Counted from the stretch's first letter, positions 9,769 to 20,159 are shown. The stretch: 64,000 bases of DNA from Phormidium sp. (GCA_051013385.1 CP143273.1:896001-960000); one strand, 5' to 3'. Notes: a model not told the origin generated them from the letters alone. Made by a program: numbers and translations.

Positions 9769-11544
9769 ATGTTAAAGCTTCATTATCTTGTGGTTGTGAG
9801 TGTGAGTGCCATAGTATGTGCTGGTATGCCCCGCATAGCTAACGCTAAAAGCGGTGTAGCCAGTCCTGAGTCCAGCAGTGAAGCAATGAAAACTAACCAA
9901 AGTTTACCTGCTGTGGTTGAAAAGAGTGATTACTTAGTCAGTAATCGAAGGCACAAAGAGGAACAAAGTAAAGCCGATCGCGAACCGCAGTTTCTGGAAA
10001 GTCCGACAGGGCGATCTGGCACGGTAAGCGATCGCAATATCCCGGCTTTAACGTCAAATCATCAAGTGACAAAAAACCGGAGATCCCTATCTCCAACCAA
10101 TAACTTGATGGCACAAAATAGACCAGTTAACCGCTTACCGGGGGCTGTTCCCATTCCGAACTATCTGATCCCCAATCCTAACCCATTACAGTTTCCCACC
10201 AGACCAGAAGAGGTAAACATAGAATTAACTGAACCTCTGACCTTAGAACAAGCAATAGAACTAGCAGAACGGAACAATCGCCCCCTGCAAGTAGCTCGAC
10301 TACAAGCGGAACAGGCCCAAGCCCAGCTACGAGAAGCCAGAGCAGCCTTGTATCCCACAGTAGATTTAAGCGCAACTGTGCAAGGGGGAAGAAACGCTCA
10401 AAACGAGTTTGGCTTTGAACGAGATCAAAGGACAAGAGAAAGGCAAATAGAAGCGGCACGAGAAGCGGCACGACAACGAGGCGAAACATTCGTCGAGCCA
10501 CCTGAGCAGCTATCTGAGCCTGGAGCACTCAGTTTAAGCGGCACAATACAAGCTGAGTATAGCCTTGTAGATGGAGGGCGGCGCAACGCTCAAATTCGGG
10601 CAGCCCAAGAAACACTTCGCAGCGCCCAGTTAGCAGTTGAAGCCTTAAGCGAACAAACACGCTTAGATGTTTCCAATGCTTACTACGACTTGCAACTGGC
10701 AGATGAACAGGTAAGAATTGCCGAATCTGCTGTCCGCAATGCTCAACAAAGTTTACGAGATGCCATAGCTTTGGAACAAGCCGGATTAGGCACCAGATTC
10801 GATACCCTGCGGGCGCAGGTGCAGTTAGCCAACCAAAACCAACTTTTAGTGACTAACCGCGCTCAACAACAAGTCAACCGTCGCCAGTTAGCCCAAATTT
10901 TGAGTTTACCCCAATCAATTAATATTGTCGCTGCTGACCCTGTAGAAATTGCTGGACTATGGAATTTAACTTTAGAAGAAAGTATTGTTAGAGCATTTCA
11001 AAACCGTGCTGAACTGGAACAGCAGTTAGCGCAACGGAATGTTGCTCAACAGCAACGGCGTGTTGCCTTAGCCGCTCGCAGACCGCAAGTAAATTTATTT
11101 GCCAACTACAATCTGCTAGAGGTGTTTAATGATCGTTTAGGTTTGGCAGATGGGTATACACTGGGGGCAAGACTGAATTGGAATTTGTTTGATGGGGGCG
11201 CAGCTAGGGCAAGGGCAGCGCAACAGGAAGCTAATATTGAAATCGCAGAAACTCAATTTGCCGATCGGCGGAATCTAATTCGTTTCCAAGTTGAACAAGC
11301 CTTTTACAATTTAAACGCTAACTTCCAGAACATTCAAACTGCTAGACTCGCCGTAAGTCAAGCCACAGAAGCTTTACGTTTAGCACGCTTGCGCTTCCAA
11401 GCTGGAGTGGGTACGCAAACGGAAGTAATTGACGCAGAAAACGACCTGACAGAGGCGCAAGGAAACTTAGTTAGAGCAGTAATTGACTACAATCGATCGC
11501 TAGCCACCCTCACCAGATCTGTAAGTAATATCCCACTTCCCTAG
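9769..11544 (+). CDS. TolC-family outer membrane efflux protein
   Basis: Signal peptide, LTLEQAIELA, two OEP repeats, RLRFQAGVGTQTEVIDAE. Confidence 0.9.
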   Translation: MLKLHYLVVVSVSAIVCAGMPRIANAKSGVASPESSSEAMKTNQSLPAVVEKSDYLVSNRRHKEEQSKADREPQFLESPTGRSGTVSDRNIPALTSNHQVTKNRRSLSPTNNLMAQNRPVNRLPGAVPIPNYLIPNPNPLQFPTRPEEVNIELTEPLTLEQAIELAERNNRPLQVARLQAEQAQAQLREARAALYPTVDLSATVQGGRNAQNEFGFERDQRTRERQIEAAREAARQRGETFVEPPEQLSEPGALSLSGTIQAEYSLVDGGRRNAQIRAAQETLRSAQLAVEALSEQTRLDVSNAYYDLQLADEQVRIAESAVRNAQQSLRDAIALEQAGLGTRFDTLRAQVQLANQNQLLVTNRAQQQVNRRQLAQILSLPQSINIVAADPVEIAGLWNLTLEESIVRAFQNRAELEQQLAQRNVAQQQRRVALAARRPQVNLFANYNLLEVFNDRLGLADGYTLGARLNWNLFDGGAARARAAQQEANIEIAETQFADRRNLIRFQVEQAFYNLNANFQNIQTARLAVSQATEALRLARLRFQAGVGTQTEVIDAENDLTEAQGNLVRAVIDYNRSLATLTRSVSNIPLP

Positions 11545-11563
11545 AGGAGTTTTTGGTGATCCG

Positions 11564-11803
11564 GGTGCAGGGGGGTTCCAGGGGTTCCAGGGGTTCCAGG
11601 GGTTCCAGGGGTTCCAGGGGCTCCAGGGGCTCCAGGGGCAGGTTCGCTAGAGGGAGCAGGGGAGAATTTAAAACTTAAAACTCTCCAACTCTTGCTAACT
11701 CAAAACTCTCCAACTCTCCAACTCTCCCTAACTCAAAACTCAAAACTCAAAACTCAAAACTTTCCCAGTCCCCAGTCCCCAGTCCCCAGTCCCCAGTCCC
11801 CAA
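11564..11803. repeat. Composite short tandem repeat block (GGGGTTCCA)n, (AAAACTC)n, (CCCCAGT)n
   Basis: Visible tandem arrays between tolC and the ferredoxin; CCCCAGT is STRR1-type. Confidence 0.85.
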
Positions 11804-11907
11804 TACTTAAAGTTTGTAATAGTTCTTAAGAAAAAGTAAAATAAAACAGTCAACGCTAATCGACGGGTTTGTTCAAGGCGAAGATCCGGTTAATCAAGGG
11901 GTAAGTA

Positions 11908-12204
11908 ATGGCTAACATTAAATTTGTTAAAGAAAATAGTGAAGTAGTTGCAGCCGATGGGGCGAATTTAAGAGAGAAAATGCTGCAAAATGGCATAGAT
12001 TTGTATAAATTCACGGGTAAACTAATGAATTGCGGTGGTTACGGTCAATGTGGCACCTGCATTGTCGAAATTGCCTCTGGAATGGAAAATCTGTCTCCCC
12101 GCACCGAAGTAGAAAATCGGAAGTTGAAGAAAAAACCGGAAAATTATCGGCTGGCTTGTCAAACCTTGGTTAATGGGCCAGTCAGCGTAATTAGCAAACC
12201 ATAA
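11908..12204 (+). CDS. 2Fe-2S ferredoxin-like protein
   Basis: [16 protein letters not shown]; the usual neighbour of psbM in cyanobacteria. Confidence 0.9.
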   Translation: MANIKFVKENSEVVAADGANLREKMLQNGIDLYKFTGKLMNCGGYGQCGTCIVEIASGMENLSPRTEVENRKLKKKPENYRLACQTLVNGPVSVISKP

Positions 12205-12264
12205 GTACGCTGCGTGATATCCTAGTTTTGTCAAAAGATTGCTGTGAACAGAGGTTGGGATTTT

Positions 12265-12381
12265 ATGGAAGTTAACGATCTAGGGTTTGTCGCCAGTATT
12301 CTATTTGTGTTGGTTCCTACTGTTTTTCTCTTAATTCTGTATATCCAAACCAACACTCGTGGCACTGATAAGAATATTTAA
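12265..12381 (+). CDS. psbM: Photosystem II protein M
   Basis: Manual translation [38 protein letters not shown] (38 aa); below the ORF-track cutoff. Confidence 0.95.
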   Translation: MEVNDLGFVASILFVLVPTVFLLILYIQTNTRGTDKNI

Positions 12382-12471
12382 TTAAAAAAAGAACTGGTGA
12401 TTGGTAGTAGGTAGTAGGTAGTAGAATTCCTACTACCTACTACTTGTGCTTTTTACCTAGTAAATAGGTGA

Positions 12472-13302
12472 TTAACCAACAGTACGGGCTAACAAAACTG
12501 GACAAGGGGCATAAACTCGTACATAGTCAGATAGTGAATTGCCCAGTAAGCGGTCTAAGTCTGGGAATGCTTTGGCGATCGAAGGACGGCGATCGGGAGA
12601 ACCCAGCATCAGTAAGTCTACATTATTCTCTTCAGCCAGATTACAGATTTGTTCACCTGCTTTACCACTAGCAGTCACAGACTTGGTGTTAATACCCAAT
12701 TTCTTGGCTTCAGCAGTTGCGCTATCTAACACTGACGCAACAGAGGGGGGAGTCTCTTGACCTTTGGCGTTAACGTGAGCCAAAATCAATTGACTGCCTT
12801 TAATGTCGCGCAGGAGGAACAAAGCCAGCTTTAAGCATTGTTTGGCAGCGTCGGAAGCATCCAAAGCGACCATAACTTTGTTAAGTTTCTTGACGTAAAT
12901 ATCGTCCTTAACCAATAACATGGGACGGTTGGACAGTTGGAAAACGTACTGACTGACAGAGTTTTCCAAAATTGACTCTAGGCGCTTTAAGCCACGAGAA
13001 CCCATAATAATCAAATCTGCCCCCATTTCGTCAGCGACTTCGCAAACAATGGTTTTGGGATCGCCTTGTCGCAGCATGGCATTGACGTGGTTTGGGTCTA
13101 ATTGTAAAGTTTGAATCGCAGTGGCAAGAAACTTACCTCCTTCTTCCCACTTAGCTGTCATCTCATCGGCATTGACTTGCGGAGGTACAACGTGCAAAAC
13201 GGTAACTGAAGCAGGTTTAATGGAGGGAATTTCCATCAAAGCTTTTAGCATTTCTTCAGTGTGACCTGTTCCAGAGTCAGCCAGCAATATTTTTTCTATC
13301 AT
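12472..13302 (-). CDS. Tandem-domain universal stress protein
   Basis: MIEKILLADSG start (ATG 13300-13302), ADLIIMGSRG, second USP domain ending APCPVLL. Confidence 0.9.
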   Translation of the reverse strand: MIEKILLADSGTGHTEEMLKALMEIPSIKPASVTVLHVVPPQVNADEMTAKWEEGGKFLATAIQTLQLDPNHVNAMLRQGDPKTIVCEVADEMGADLIIMGSRGLKRLESILENSVSQYVFQLSNRPMLLVKDDIYVKKLNKVMVALDASDAAKQCLKLALFLLRDIKGSQLILAHVNAKGQETPPSVASVLDSATAEAKKLGINTKSVTASGKAGEQICNLAEENNVDLLMLGSPDRRPSIAKAFPDLDRLLGNSLSDYVRVYAPCPVLLARTVG

Positions 13303-13391
13303 CTGTTTGTCTTTGATAGTAATTAAACTGAAGGGCAATGTCGTTTCAATAATTCACGATAGAACGATTAGTGACTTATCTGGCAAGTCTT

Positions 13392-14072
13392 TTACAAGCT
13401 GTTACAAAAAAGCTGTTTATTGGGGCTATCGGTTTTACATATAATCTGCAAAGAAGAGGACTCTTGAGACTCTTGAGACTCTTGAGACAATAGTTCTAAT
13501 ACCTGTTGTGCTTCTAAAATGCGTCCTTGGGATAGTAACAAATCTGCTAATTCCCGATAGATGTCGGCGGTTTTTACGCGATCGACACTTGGAACTGCTG
13601 GCAAAAATGACTTTTGTAAGGCGACAGGTAAACCGCTAATTTTCCCTCTTACTTGTTCAATTTCATTGATAGCTTGTTTATAATAAGTAATAGCAGTAAT
13701 TGGTGAGTTTAAGTCTCGATAAACCCGGGCAATTCCGGCGATAATGCTATAATCGCTATCGATGGAAATGGCTTCTTGGTAAAGTGCGATCGCTTGACTA
13801 TTTCTCCCTAATTTTCTAGGCAATCCTCCTAACAAATTTAAAGCTAAAGATGCCAGAATATCATCTTTTTGTTCTTTGGCTTTAGCCAAACTCTGTTGCA
13901 ACAATTCAATAGCTTTATTGCTAAAGCTTGCTGATAGAATTCTAAAGCCTTGGGGTATTGTCCGAGACTGTCGTAAACTGCCCCAAAATTATTGAGAGTT
14001 GTCCCTTCCCCTGTTTTATCTCCTATTTCTCGATAAATTGTTAAAGCTTGTTCTAAATTTCTTAATGCTTCG
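13392..14072 (-). pseudogene. Fragment of a TPR (CHAT-associated type) protein gene, frameshifted and truncated
   Basis: The upstream frame reads EALRNLEQALTIYREIGDKTGEGTTLNNFGAVYDSLGQYPKALEFYQQALA, then shifts near 13915 into KAIELLQQSL..YRELADLLLSQGRILEAQQVLELL; no start and no C-terminal domain. Confidence 0.75.
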
Positions 14073-14102
14073 CTGAGAACTTATGCAAGTTTTTCGGGTT
14101 AA

Positions 14103-14135
14103 AGAAACCCGGTTTTTTGAAAAAACCGGGTTTCT
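14103..14135. repeat. REP-like palindrome AGAAACCCGGTTT-N-AAACCGGGTTTCT
   Basis: Related copies at 21416-21448 and 42777-42805. Confidence 0.8.
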
Positions 14136-14278
14136 GGGCAAATTTGGTAGACTACTAGAAGCACTCTCCCGAAACTTGGAGGTAGCCGAGTGACAAAGAT
14201 TCTGGAAGCCACCTACACTAACAGCAATCTGCTTTTAAGATATAATTAACAGAAACTTCAGTAAAAATATAGAAACGA

Positions 14279-14533
14279 ATGAAAGCCGTTGAAGTAACAG
14301 GAACTCTGGATGAAACTGGTCAATTATTGCTCGATCGCCCTATTGAAAATTTTCCCCCTAGTCGGGTGCGAATTCTAATACTTTTTCCCGATGTTTCTGA
14401 AGAAGAGGAAACCGATCCTGATGATACTCCGATTGAAGAAGTAAAAGCAAGTCTCAGGAGAGCATTAGAGGAAGCAAAAGCCGGACAACGCCTACCCCTT
14501 TCGGAAATGTGGTCAGGAATAGATGTCGAATGA
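14279..14533 (+). CDS. Putative type II antitoxin (RelE/ParE partner)
   Basis: Small acidic protein MKAVEVTG..EVKASLRRALEEAKAGQRLPLSEMW overlapping a toxin-like remnant. Confidence 0.6.
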   Translation: MKAVEVTGTLDETGQLLLDRPIENFPPSRVRILILFPDVSEEEETDPDDTPIEEVKASLRRALEEAKAGQRLPLSEMWSGIDVE

Positions 14534-14654
14534 AACACCTTTAATTAAAGTCGATTTAACAATTTACTCTAAATCACAGCGAGAAGATATCAGTTATAAC
14601 GAAGTTCGCAGTATCTTAGCTGAATTGGATGTTCTAGAAGAACCTAAAGATTGA
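14523..14654 (+). pseudogene. Internally deleted RelE/ParE-like toxin
   Basis: MSNETPLIKVDL joined directly to TIYSKSQREDISYNEVRSILAEL (C-terminal motif recalled from cyanobacterial RelE/HigB toxins); only 43 aa. Confidence 0.6.
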
Positions 14655-14709
14655 GTAATTTTTCCTTGATTTATCATATTATAAATCTATCTCTCACAAA
14701 TTTACTTCT

Positions 14710-15585
14710 ATGTCGGCTGGACAAAAACTACGTCAATTAATTGCACGTCCCGAAATTATCGTTATCCCTGGAATTTATGATTGTTTGGGGGCGAAAATTG
14801 TCGAACAATTAGGTTTTGAAGTTGCTGCTACTAGCGGTTTTGGGATTGCTGCTTCTACTCTTGGTTTACCTGATTATGGTTTTCTCACCGCAACAGAAAT
14901 GCTGTACAGTGTTGGCAGAATTGCCCAATCAGTAACTATTCCTTTAATTGCGGATATGGACACTGGTTATGGTAATGTTTTAAATGTGATGCGAGTAGTT
15001 AAAGATGCAACACAATTGGGTTTAGCTGGCATCATTTTGGAAGACCAAGAATGGCCTAAAAAATGCGGTCATTTTGAAGGGAAAAGAGTGATTTCAATGG
15101 CGGAACACGCCGGGAAAATTCGCGCCGCTGTGAAAGCGCGAGGAGACAGCAGTTTAGTTATTATCGCCCGAACTGATGCGCGGGGACCTTTGGGTTTAGA
15201 TGAAGCTTTGCGCCGTGGAAAGGCTTATATTGAAGCTGGGGCAGATATGTTGTTTGTGGAAGCGCCGCAGTCGGTGGAGGAACTGAGTGCGATCGCACAA
15301 AGCTTCCCCAAAACCCCCTTAGTTGCTAACATCGTCGAAGGTGGGAAAACCCCGCAACTTTCCGCATCAGAGTTACAAGAAATCGGTTTCAAAATCGCCT
15401 TTTTCCCCGTCACCGGACTTTTAGCCACAACTCAAATAATGACAGCTTGTTTCCGTCAGTTGAAAGAACATGGAACCACCGCAGATTTTACCGAATTGGT
15501 TCAATTTAAGGATTTCCAAGAATTCATCGGTATTCCCAAATATCGCCAAATAGAACAAGAATTCATTCCACTGGAAGAAGCTTAA
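14710..15585 (+). CDS. Isocitrate lyase/PEP mutase family enzyme (PrpB-like)
   Basis: LGLPDYG, ADMDTGYG, EDQEWPKKCGHFEGK, IIARTDA. Confidence 0.88.
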   Translation: MSAGQKLRQLIARPEIIVIPGIYDCLGAKIVEQLGFEVAATSGFGIAASTLGLPDYGFLTATEMLYSVGRIAQSVTIPLIADMDTGYGNVLNVMRVVKDATQLGLAGIILEDQEWPKKCGHFEGKRVISMAEHAGKIRAAVKARGDSSLVIIARTDARGPLGLDEALRRGKAYIEAGADMLFVEAPQSVEELSAIAQSFPKTPLVANIVEGGKTPQLSASELQEIGFKIAFFPVTGLLATTQIMTACFRQLKEHGTTADFTELVQFKDFQEFIGIPKYRQIEQEFIPLEEA

Positions 15586-15773
15586 TGTAGGTATTAATGC
15601 TATATTAAAACAAAAGAATCACAATTTAACTAAAAATCGCTTCTAGCGCATATTTAGTCAAACTTGCTTTATTAACGGAAACTCAAATCAAACTTACCCG
15701 CTGATATCAATAATTTGATGCAGCTAATTTGGTGTATGGCTGATGCCGAAAACCTGCAATTAACTTACTTAAT

Positions 15774-16964
15774 TTGGGAGATAATAAAAACTTAGCTGTG
15801 AACAATAGAATAGCAAAAAATTGGTTAGTAATTTTGGGTTTAGAACTACTTCTTTCTTTACCTTTCAGTTTTGCTTTTGGTAAAATTTTGCCCATTGGAG
15901 GAATTACTTGGATATTTGGCGGTATTGCTGCTGGTGCCTTAACAATTTATACTTCGCGTTCTGCAAAATGGAACATTAAACCACACCCGATAGGCAGAAA
16001 AATTGGACAAGCTTTAGTGGGAACTGCGATCGGATTTTCTATAGCTAACGGCAACCTAGAATCCGGTTACTCACAATTACCAACCTTCCTATTTTTAACG
16101 CTATTTATCATGATAACTGGCGTATTTATTGGCTGGGTTTTCTCCAAAGTTAGCCACACAAACATCTTCACAGCTATGTTAGCCACAACCCCCGGTGGTG
16201 TAGGAATTATGTCCAGTTTTGCCGCTGAATATAAGAAAGATGTCGCTATAGTTTCCCTAGTTCAAATAATCAGAGTAACCAGCGTTGTCATTATTATACC
16301 ATTATTAGCCCGGTCAATAACTAACAGTAATGTTACTTCTGTAAGCAATTCAATCAAAAGTTTATTACCTACGAGTAGTTTATCTTTACTGTTGCTAATT
16401 ATCCTCTTAAGCTGCACATTTTTGGTAGTGCGACTAGCTAAAAAATGGCAAATTCCCACTCCTTTCTTCTTTGGTGCGTTAGTAGTAGGTACAAGTTTTA
16501 GCTATTTCTTAAATCTTGTACCATTTCTGCATGAGATTAACTTTACTCCACCTTATATCGTTAACTTAGTCGGTCAAGCATTACTAGGAATTAGCATTGG
16601 TGAATCTTGGGGAAACAATCCGAAAATTAAGAAAAGAACTATATTTTATGCTTTAATTCCTGTAAGCTTAACTATTGTAGCCGGATTTATTGCCGCTACT
16701 TTCGCCTGGGTGTTAACTCCTTGGGATTGGCTAACTTGTATGCTAGTCACCGCACCTGGAGGCGCAGCAGAAATGATCTTAGTAGCCCTCTCCTTAAATC
16801 ATAATGTGGAAATAGTCACAGCAGGGCATTTAATGCGACTAATTGCTTTAAACGTTTCTCTTCCTTTGTGGCTATTGTTATTTCGTTATCTTGAAGAAAG
16901 AGGGGCAAAAAACAATTACCTATTAAGAGGATTAACCAATGATCAATCAAGTAAAAGAATTTGA
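15774..16964 (+). CDS. AbrB-family (duplicated membrane domain) integral membrane protein
   Basis: Many hydrophobic segments; repeated TTPGG / TAPGG motifs; start codon uncertain. Confidence 0.75.
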   Translation: MGDNKNLAVNNRIAKNWLVILGLELLLSLPFSFAFGKILPIGGITWIFGGIAAGALTIYTSRSAKWNIKPHPIGRKIGQALVGTAIGFSIANGNLESGYSQLPTFLFLTLFIMITGVFIGWVFSKVSHTNIFTAMLATTPGGVGIMSSFAAEYKKDVAIVSLVQIIRVTSVVIIIPLLARSITNSNVTSVSNSIKSLLPTSSLSLLLLIILLSCTFLVVRLAKKWQIPTPFFFGALVVGTSFSYFLNLVPFLHEINFTPPYIVNLVGQALLGISIGESWGNNPKIKKRTIFYALIPVSLTIVAGFIAATFAWVLTPWDWLTCMLVTAPGGAAEMILVALSLNHNVEIVTAGHLMRLIALNVSLPLWLLLFRYLEERGAKNNYLLRGLTNDQSSKRI

Positions 16965-17748
16965 TACTAAAGAATGGGTAAAAGTACGTTCCTCCCTGGA
17001 TGGGAATCAAACTTTTCTCACTTGGACGGGCTCAATTTACTCTTTTGTCCCTAATGAAAAAAAGAAACGTTTGTTTAACATTGTGGGGATGAGTGTTAGT
17101 AGATGTATTGCTAATGATGATGATAGTTGGGATTTTATTTCACGGGAATTAACTTATTATCTTGACCCGGAAACAAGGGAAATTTTGCATAAATGGCAAA
17201 ACCCTTGGACAGGGGAAACTGTAACTGTGGTTCATGTAGCTAATAGTCCGGTAGAAGGACATTTTAAAGGTAAATTTCCCGGACAAGTAAACGGGGAAAT
17301 TACTACTTTTGTCTTTGACTTATTCCCGAATTATCCCAATTCTTTAGCAAAAGAGGAGGCTTTTAGTGATTACAGTCCCCAAGAAACTTATCAAGCTGCG
17401 GAATTATTTAAACTGACAGTTCCGACTAAAGATTTAGAAAATCCAGACACAGTTACAGTGTCAGAAATGTTTATTGCTTGGGATAGAATCGGCCCTTGGC
17501 TACCTTGGATGAAAATGGGAAATAAAGCAGGTAATTTGATTTACAGTGCGAGTGGTTTGAAGGTGAAAGATTTTACTGATTTACCGCAATTACTGCAAGA
17601 TGAAATTAACACGCGAGTTCCTTTATATAAAAATGCGCCGAAATCTCCTTTAGATGATGATATGACTTCTTGGACGTATTTCAAAAAACATTTTACGGCT
17701 TATTTAGCTGGCGAGAGGTTTCCCATCCCGGAAGCGGAAGAACCATGA
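16939..17748 (+). CDS. DUF1838-like protein
   Basis: RELTYYLDPET..WQNPWTGETVTVVHVANSP, WDRIGPWLPWMKMG. Confidence 0.7.
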   Translation: MINQVKEFDTKEWVKVRSSLDGNQTFLTWTGSIYSFVPNEKKKRLFNIVGMSVSRCIANDDDSWDFISRELTYYLDPETREILHKWQNPWTGETVTVVHVANSPVEGHFKGKFPGQVNGEITTFVFDLFPNYPNSLAKEEAFSDYSPQETYQAAELFKLTVPTKDLENPDTVTVSEMFIAWDRIGPWLPWMKMGNKAGNLIYSASGLKVKDFTDLPQLLQDEINTRVPLYKNAPKSPLDDDMTSWTYFKKHFTAYLAGERFPIPEAEEP

Positions 17749-17926
17749 GTGATGAACCAAGCTTTAATACATGGCTGAATTCCATTTTTGCACAAAAAGT
17801 GAAAGAATGGAGTTCTGACCTTACTGTATGGTTTAGATAGTTTAAATCATTGGTATGACAATAATTGAGAAGTTGTTAGAGGAATTATCGATCGCTTTTG
17901 ACAAACTCGCCAAAAAATAAATTAAA

Positions 17927-18961
17927 TTATTTTGCTATTAACGTCCAGAAGTAACCATCTGGCGCAACAAAAGAAAAGCTTTTTTCCCCAAATTCGTTAA
18001 CTTCAATTTCTGAAAATCTTTTTACATTACTTTCTTTAATTCTGTGAAAATACTCTTCAATATCACTCACTCGATAAGTGTATAAAGACATTCCCAAACA
18101 TCCCGGTTCTGATTTTTCAAAGCAAGTTTCTAATTTCATAGATTCAGGAAACCGAACTATATAAAGTCTACCAGAACGTGCAGCTTTAAAATCAGTTGTG
18201 GAAGAACGAGGATCGTCAAAAGCTGTAACTATAAACTTTTCTTGTGGTTGCAAATCAAAAAATTCTCTTCCCGCTTCGGAACTTTCATAAGTAGTTTCTA
18301 CATCATCTCTTACCCGCAACAAACCCAATGTTTCTTCATAAAAACGTAGAGTTTCTTTACTATCATCCTGAACAATGATTCCCAAATGAGTAATTTGACT
18401 AGCTTTGAAAGCTGAATTTTCATTAATCTTCCCGTAATCTGGCAAAGAATAATTGAAACGTTGAAACAAAACTTGTCGAGTTAAAGGTTGCAGTAACAGC
18501 ATTTCTCTTACCCCGATAGGTGGATCGATAAAAGGGCGAATTTGTGTATCTTTGTTATAGATCATTTCCCAATAGGGAAAAGTATATTTAATTGGTAAAC
18601 CTGCCTTAGCTGCCTCTTCAGAATGATTTAAAATATTCATTACATCAGCAGTTAATGTAGTTGTCCAACGGTTGCCTTTCACGTTCATTGATGTGAGTTG
18701 TAACCCTTCATTTTTCGGGTTTTCCCACTGCATTAAACGCACTAAACCGTGATCTGCATCTTGATGAAATAAGCGAAAGGAAAGTAACCCAGAATTAACA
18801 CCATATAGGTTATATACTTTTTGTGCTGATAATTCTCCGGTTTGTCCGATCGCATAACCAAATTGTCCCCAATATTGAATTAGAGGCATGGCATCCTCTA
18901 CTCCAATACCTACCTCATAAATTCCGGCAATTTTGGGAGATGTTTCCATAAATAGCACCAA
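17927..18961 (-). CDS. VOC/glyoxalase superfamily protein
   Basis: YEVGIGV, THLGIIV, FYEETLGL, SFSFVAPDGYFWTL. Confidence 0.7.
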   Translation of the reverse strand: MVLFMETSPKIAGIYEVGIGVEDAMPLIQYWGQFGYAIGQTGELSAQKVYNLYGVNSGLLSFRLFHQDADHGLVRLMQWENPKNEGLQLTSMNVKGNRWTTTLTADVMNILNHSEEAAKAGLPIKYTFPYWEMIYNKDTQIRPFIDPPIGVREMLLLQPLTRQVLFQRFNYSLPDYGKINENSAFKASQITHLGIIVQDDSKETLRFYEETLGLLRVRDDVETTYESSEAGREFFDLQPQEKFIVTAFDDPRSSTTDFKAARSGRLYIVRFPESMKLETCFEKSEPGCLGMSLYTYRVSDIEEYFHRIKESNVKRFSEIEVNEFGEKSFSFVAPDGYFWTLIAK

Positions 18962-19017
18962 TGTTTGCTATAGATTTGTTGTCACATATTTTACTTGCCG
19001 GAGGTTCATAAATCTAT

Positions 19018-19141
19018 AGTAGGGACACGGCATCATCAATATATTGGTAATACCAAAAAATTAATCATGCCTTGTCCCTACAGCAAACATCAATATATTG
19101 GTAATACCAAAAAATTAATCATGCCTTGTCCCTACAGCAAA
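19018..19141. repeat. REP-like GTAGGGACA..TGTCCCTAC element with a perfect 54-bp tandem duplication
   Basis: 19034-19087 is identical to 19088-19141; the second copy overlaps the stop codon of the DUF4870 gene. Confidence 0.85.
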
Positions 19142-19467
19142 CGAATAATAAATGGATAGTAATAGGGACGCTTGGGATTACGGTAAACTTTCATTATAGC
19201 GATAATTGGCATGATAAAACTAGCGATCGCCAATAGAAACAACAAAGGAATACCAATTAACATAAAAACTAGGAAGAAAAATGCGATCGCACACACATAC
19301 AGATTAATGTGAAAATTCAAAGATTCCTTGGCATTTTCTAGCACAATAGGATCTTCATATAGTAACAGAACAGCAATTGGTATAGCAATTGACACAATCA
19401 GAAAACTAAAAAAGACCGATCCATGACAGAGCATCGATAAAATTTTTCTCTGATCCTTGTTCTTCAT
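19132..19467 (-). CDS. DUF4870/Tic20-like small membrane protein
   Basis: LSMLCHGS..NAKESLNFHI..YYYPFIIRLL. Confidence 0.75.
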   Translation of the reverse strand: MKNKDQRKILSMLCHGSVFFSFLIVSIAIPIAVLLLYEDPIVLENAKESLNFHINLYVCAIAFFFLVFMLIGIPLLFLLAIASFIMPIIAIMKVYRNPKRPYYYPFIIRLL

Positions 19468-19585
19468 AAACCATCCTCAGAGCTAAGTTTTACCTATCAC
19501 CGATCATAGACTATCTAATTTTTTTGTTGTTATCAAACCTTAAAATTAGCGCTTCGCGGATTTGAGCTTTTACCAGTCCCAAAAT

Positions 19586-19745
19586 CCGCCTGCGAATCAA
19601 TTCGCAGGCTCATAGCGAAAGTCCTCTAAAGAAGACTAAATACTTAATAGGATTCAAAAGTTTTTAGTCCATTTTAATGGACTTGGGCTATTAGCCTGCG
19701 AATTGATTCGCAGGCGGGCTAAAAGCGCAGGTGCAAGATCTCAGT
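19586..19745. repeat. Inverted REP doublet (GCCTGCGAATCAATTCGCAGGC) followed by the MITE end GGTGCAAGATCTCAG
   Basis: Two palindromic arms in inverted orientation at about 19586-19610 and 19694-19718. Confidence 0.75.
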
Positions 19746-19763
19746 TAATAGATGTGAAGCCTA

Positions 19764-20045
19764 ATATCTCAACAATATTCAATTGAACAAATACCCGTAA
19801 ACCTCAATAAAATTATTCAGGAAGTCGAACAAGGTGAACCCGTCGAAATTACACGGGAAGGTGAACAAGTTGCGGTGATTATTTCCACTGCTGGATATAA
19901 AAAACTGCTGCATAAATCCCCAGGTTTTTGGGAATCTCTGCAACAATTTCGCCAAGAAATTATCGCAGAAGGTATCGAAATTGACCCTGATGAAGTTTGG
20001 CAAGATGTACGCGACAAGTCGATCGGACGTGAGGTAAATCTGTGA
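19764..20045 (+). pseudogene. Phd/YefM-family antitoxin with ATA in place of the start codon; partner toxin absent
   Basis: Frame reads (I)SQQYSIEQIPVNLNKIIQEVEQGEPVEITREGEQVAVIIS..GREVNL*; in-frame TGA at 19755-19757 upstream and no ATG. Confidence 0.7.
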
Positions 20046-20159
20046 GTCGCTTTTTACCCACATTCCGCACCCTAAAGTGTCACACTACGAATTTTGGTCA
20101 ATTGACGATTTGGGACTAGTGGCTGGTCAGCTAATTTTAAGTATTTTAAGTATTTTAAG

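Noticed and set aside
19779..20063. Minus-strand ORFs of 94 and 66 aa
   Set aside because: Shadows of the plus-strand Phd-like antitoxin frame.
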